Below, piece by piece: positions 59,246 through 64,000 of a DNA stretch of 64,000 nucleotides; the first letter of the stretch is position 1; the number at the start of each line of letters is the position of its first letter. The notes beneath the pieces were generated by a model. It saw only the letters and a list, made by a program, of their open reading frames with translations. It was not told where the DNA came from and did no database searches. The stretch lies in NCBI GenBank assembly GCA_963775425.1, contig CAVZJB010000005.1, positions 64,001 through 128,000 on the forward strand, written 5' to 3'. Source of the stretch: an uncultured delta proteobacterium (GTDB lineage: Bacteria > Myxococcota > UBA727 > VGSZ01). A program made the translations under genes and the position numbers.

Positions 59246-60543
59246 TGCGCATGCAGATTCCCGCGTCCCCCTCTCGTCTCCTGCTCGCGTCGTGCGCGGT
59301 CGTCGCGCTCGCGCCGGGCTGCCGCTTGCTCGGCTTCCAAGGCGACGCCTGCGATCCCGCCGACGCCACCACCTGCCCGAGCGCCGAGGTGTGCAACCAG
59401 AACGGCGAGTGCGTGCGCGCCGGCGGCGAAGGCGAAGGCGAAGGCGAGGGAGAGGGCGAAGGCGAAGGCGAAGGCGAAGGCGAAGGCGAAGGCGACGGGC
59501 CGATCACCACCGTCGACGGCGAGGCCAACGTCACGCTCCTCGCCGTCACCAGCGACGGCACGCTGTTTTGGGCGACGGGCGCGGCGCCGGGGTGCATCCG
59601 GCGGCTGCCGCTCGGGGGGACGGCGGAGAACGTCGCGTGCGAGGCGTCGCTGCCCGTCAGCGGGCTGACGCTCATCGACGACGACGTCGTCTGGGCCGCC
59701 GACGGCGCGGGCGTCGCCGACTTCGTGCGCGCGACGCCGCAGGACGCGGCGGCGAGCGACACGCCCACGGTGCTCGCCACCGACATCGACGTCGCGCCGC
59801 TGTCGCGCGGCCCCAACGCGCTCGACGCGGCCGATCACGGCGACGGCACGCAGTCGATCCTCGTGGCGCGTGAGGGCAGCGACGCCAACGCCACGCGCAT
59901 CGTCCGCGCCCCCGGCGGGGCGGCGCAGTACCGCATCGACTACTTCGACACCGGCATCTTCTTCAACGACGCCACCGCCGCCGTGATGCTCCCCGACGGC
60001 ACCGCCGACGCAGGCGGCGCGGCGTTCGTCGGCTGCAACTTCGAGGGCGGCGCGACGTTCGCGTTCCGCGCGACGCGCGGCGAGGACTCTCAAGGCGGGT
60101 TCAACTTCGACGGCACCGCGGATCAGACGCCGGCGAATTCGCCGCCGGGGCAGGTCGTCGCCGTGGCACCCCTCGACGACAACCATGCCAACATCGTGTT
60201 CGCCACCGTGAACGACGACGACAGCGGCGCCCTCGTGAAGATGAGCACGGGCGACACCTTCAACCCCGTCGAGCTCGCGGCCGCCGCGGACCCCGACAAC
60301 CCGCGCGTGCACGCCTCCGGCCTCGCGACGGACGGCTTCTTCGTCTACTACCCCACCGCCGGCACCGTGGCGGGCGGCCACAGCTTCGGCGTGTTCCGCC
60401 TCGACCTCTTCACCGCCGGCGCCGTGCCCGAGCGCCTCGCCGACATCGACGTCGAGGGCGGCGGCGTCGCCGTGGACCGCGGCACGCTCTACTGGGCCGA
60501 GCCCGGCGCCAACCGCATCCGCCAGCTCACGCTCTCGCCGTAG
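59245..60543 (+). CDS. Lipoprotein with a Cys module, (GE)n linker and beta-propeller-like domain
   Basis: TGATG overlap; lipobox APGC; C...CP..EVC....C; blades such as LAVTSDGTLFW, LATDGFFVYY and VAVDRGTLYW. Confidence 0.8.
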   Translation: MRMQIPASPSRLLLASCAVVALAPGCRLLGFQGDACDPADATTCPSAEVCNQNGECVRAGGEGEGEGEGEGEGEGEGEGEGEGDGPITTVDGEANVTLLAVTSDGTLFWATGAAPGCIRRLPLGGTAENVACEASLPVSGLTLIDDDVVWAADGAGVADFVRATPQDAAASDTPTVLATDIDVAPLSRGPNALDAADHGDGTQSILVAREGSDANATRIVRAPGGAAQYRIDYFDTGIFFNDATAAVMLPDGTADAGGAAFVGCNFEGGATFAFRATRGEDSQGGFNFDGTADQTPANSPPGQVVAVAPLDDNHANIVFATVNDDDSGALVKMSTGDTFNPVELAAAADPDNPRVHASGLATDGFFVYYPTAGTVAGGHSFGVFRLDLFTAGAVPERLADIDVEGGGVAVDRGTLYWAEPGANRIRQLTLSP

Positions 60544-60560
60544 GGGAGCGCCGCCCCTAC
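60540..60560. terminator. Hairpin spanning the stop codons of two convergent genes
   Basis: GTAGGGG-AGCGCCG-CCCCTAC contains both TAG stops. Confidence 0.45.
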
Positions 60561-61300
60561 CTCTGTGGTGAGGGCGCCAGCGGGACACCGAGGCGGGCGG
60601 CGACGGCGCGGGCCCGATCGACGCGCTCGCGGGCGGTGCGGCCCGCGGCGGGCATCGAGCGAAGCGCCTCCATCGCCTCCAAGGCGATCGCGCGCGCCGT
60701 GCCCGCCGGCCCGCTTCGGGCCTCGCCGAGGGCGACGAACGCGGCGAGCACCGCGTCGACGCGGGCGGGGTCGGCGTCGAGCCAGGCGCCGACGGGGCGC
60801 GCCTGTTCGAGGCCGAGCGCGTTCACGGCGAGGATGAAGGCGTACTTGGCGACCAGCTCGGTCTCGAGCGCAGAAAAGCCGTGCAGCTCCACGCACGGCA
60901 CGTCGAGCGCGCGCTGCGCCTCGCAGATGAATCCGGCGTGGCGCCCGAACACGTGCGTGGCGCGGCCGACCTCGACGGGGCGGCCCTTCTTCACGGTCGA
61001 CCACACGACGGCGATGGTGGGCTCGGCGTCGCCGAGCGCCGCCTGCCACACCTCCGGGAAGAGCTCGTTTTGCACGAGCACGACGTCGCCGCGCCGCTCG
61101 ATGGGCACCTGCGCGAGCACGCCGGGCAGCGCAGCCTCGCCGACGGCCACGACGATTGGCGCCCCAGGCGCCACATCCGCGAGCGCCACGACGATGGAGT
61201 CCCCGCGCCGCACCGGCGTCACGCGCACGCCGCAGGCGACGGCCCCGCCGGCGAAGAACCGCCCGAGCTGGCCGACGCCGACGATCACGCAATCGCGCAC
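60557..61300 (-). CDS. Rossmann-fold (ketopantoate-reductase-like) hypothetical protein
   Basis: N-terminal VIVGVGQLG; VLVQNE; K.....AVN.L pattern. Confidence 0.65.
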   Translation of the reverse strand: MRDCVIVGVGQLGRFFAGGAVACGVRVTPVRRGDSIVVALADVAPGAPIVVAVGEAALPGVLAQVPIERRGDVVLVQNELFPEVWQAALGDAEPTIAVVWSTVKKGRPVEVGRATHVFGRHAGFICEAQRALDVPCVELHGFSALETELVAKYAFILAVNALGLEQARPVGAWLDADPARVDAVLAAFVALGEARSGPAGTARAIALEAMEALRSMPAAGRTARERVDRARAVAARLGVPLAPSPQR

Positions 61301-61367
61301 TTCAAGCCCCCACCGGCTCCCCGCGGCGGACGCGCCGCCGCGCCACGTGCAGGGAGCGCCGCGGCCA

Positions 61368-63923
<2,556 letters not shown>

Positions 63924-64000
63924 TCAGTGCGCGGTGACGTCGTGGATGTAGCAAGATCGGCCTCGAAAACACAGTGAAATTCGCCGCGCGAAGACCCCGG

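Overview
Very GC-rich bacterial chromosomal DNA that looks like Myxococcota or a related deltaproteobacterium (MYXO-CTERM sorting tails, Ser/Thr kinase, PEGA proteins, many Cys-rich lipoproteins). About 50 genes are supportable; most other long ORFs in the track are GC-rich antisense or frameshifted shadows. Housekeeping genes: gyrB, dnaJ, glpK, a lid-less Hsp70 and an LpoB-like operon. The rest is mostly envelope and surface biology: an S8 protease, three tandem CxxCH/Reeler-like MYXO-CTERM proteins, a tandemly duplicated DUF1592/DUF1552 module, and repeated two-gene cassettes pairing a secreted CsgG/TolB-N-like, PEGA or TPR protein with a translationally coupled Cys-rich lipoprotein, many with (GE)n linkers. 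Also present: an MntA/HepT toxin-antitoxin pair, an ECF sigma/two-component/EF-hand cluster, a decayed ada/ogt gene and several REP-like repeats. Most notable: (i) a bacterial protein whose C-terminal domain resembles fungal heme-thiolate peroxygenases and caleosins, coupled to a small partner gene; (ii) the recurrent adaptor + lipoprotein cassettes, a candidate undescribed surface-display system; (iii) TAnnnT -10 boxes 6-9 nt before at least 16 start codons, implying widespread leaderless transcription. No rRNA, tRNA, CRISPR array or transposase was recognised. Family calls come from motifs read by eye, not from database searches.
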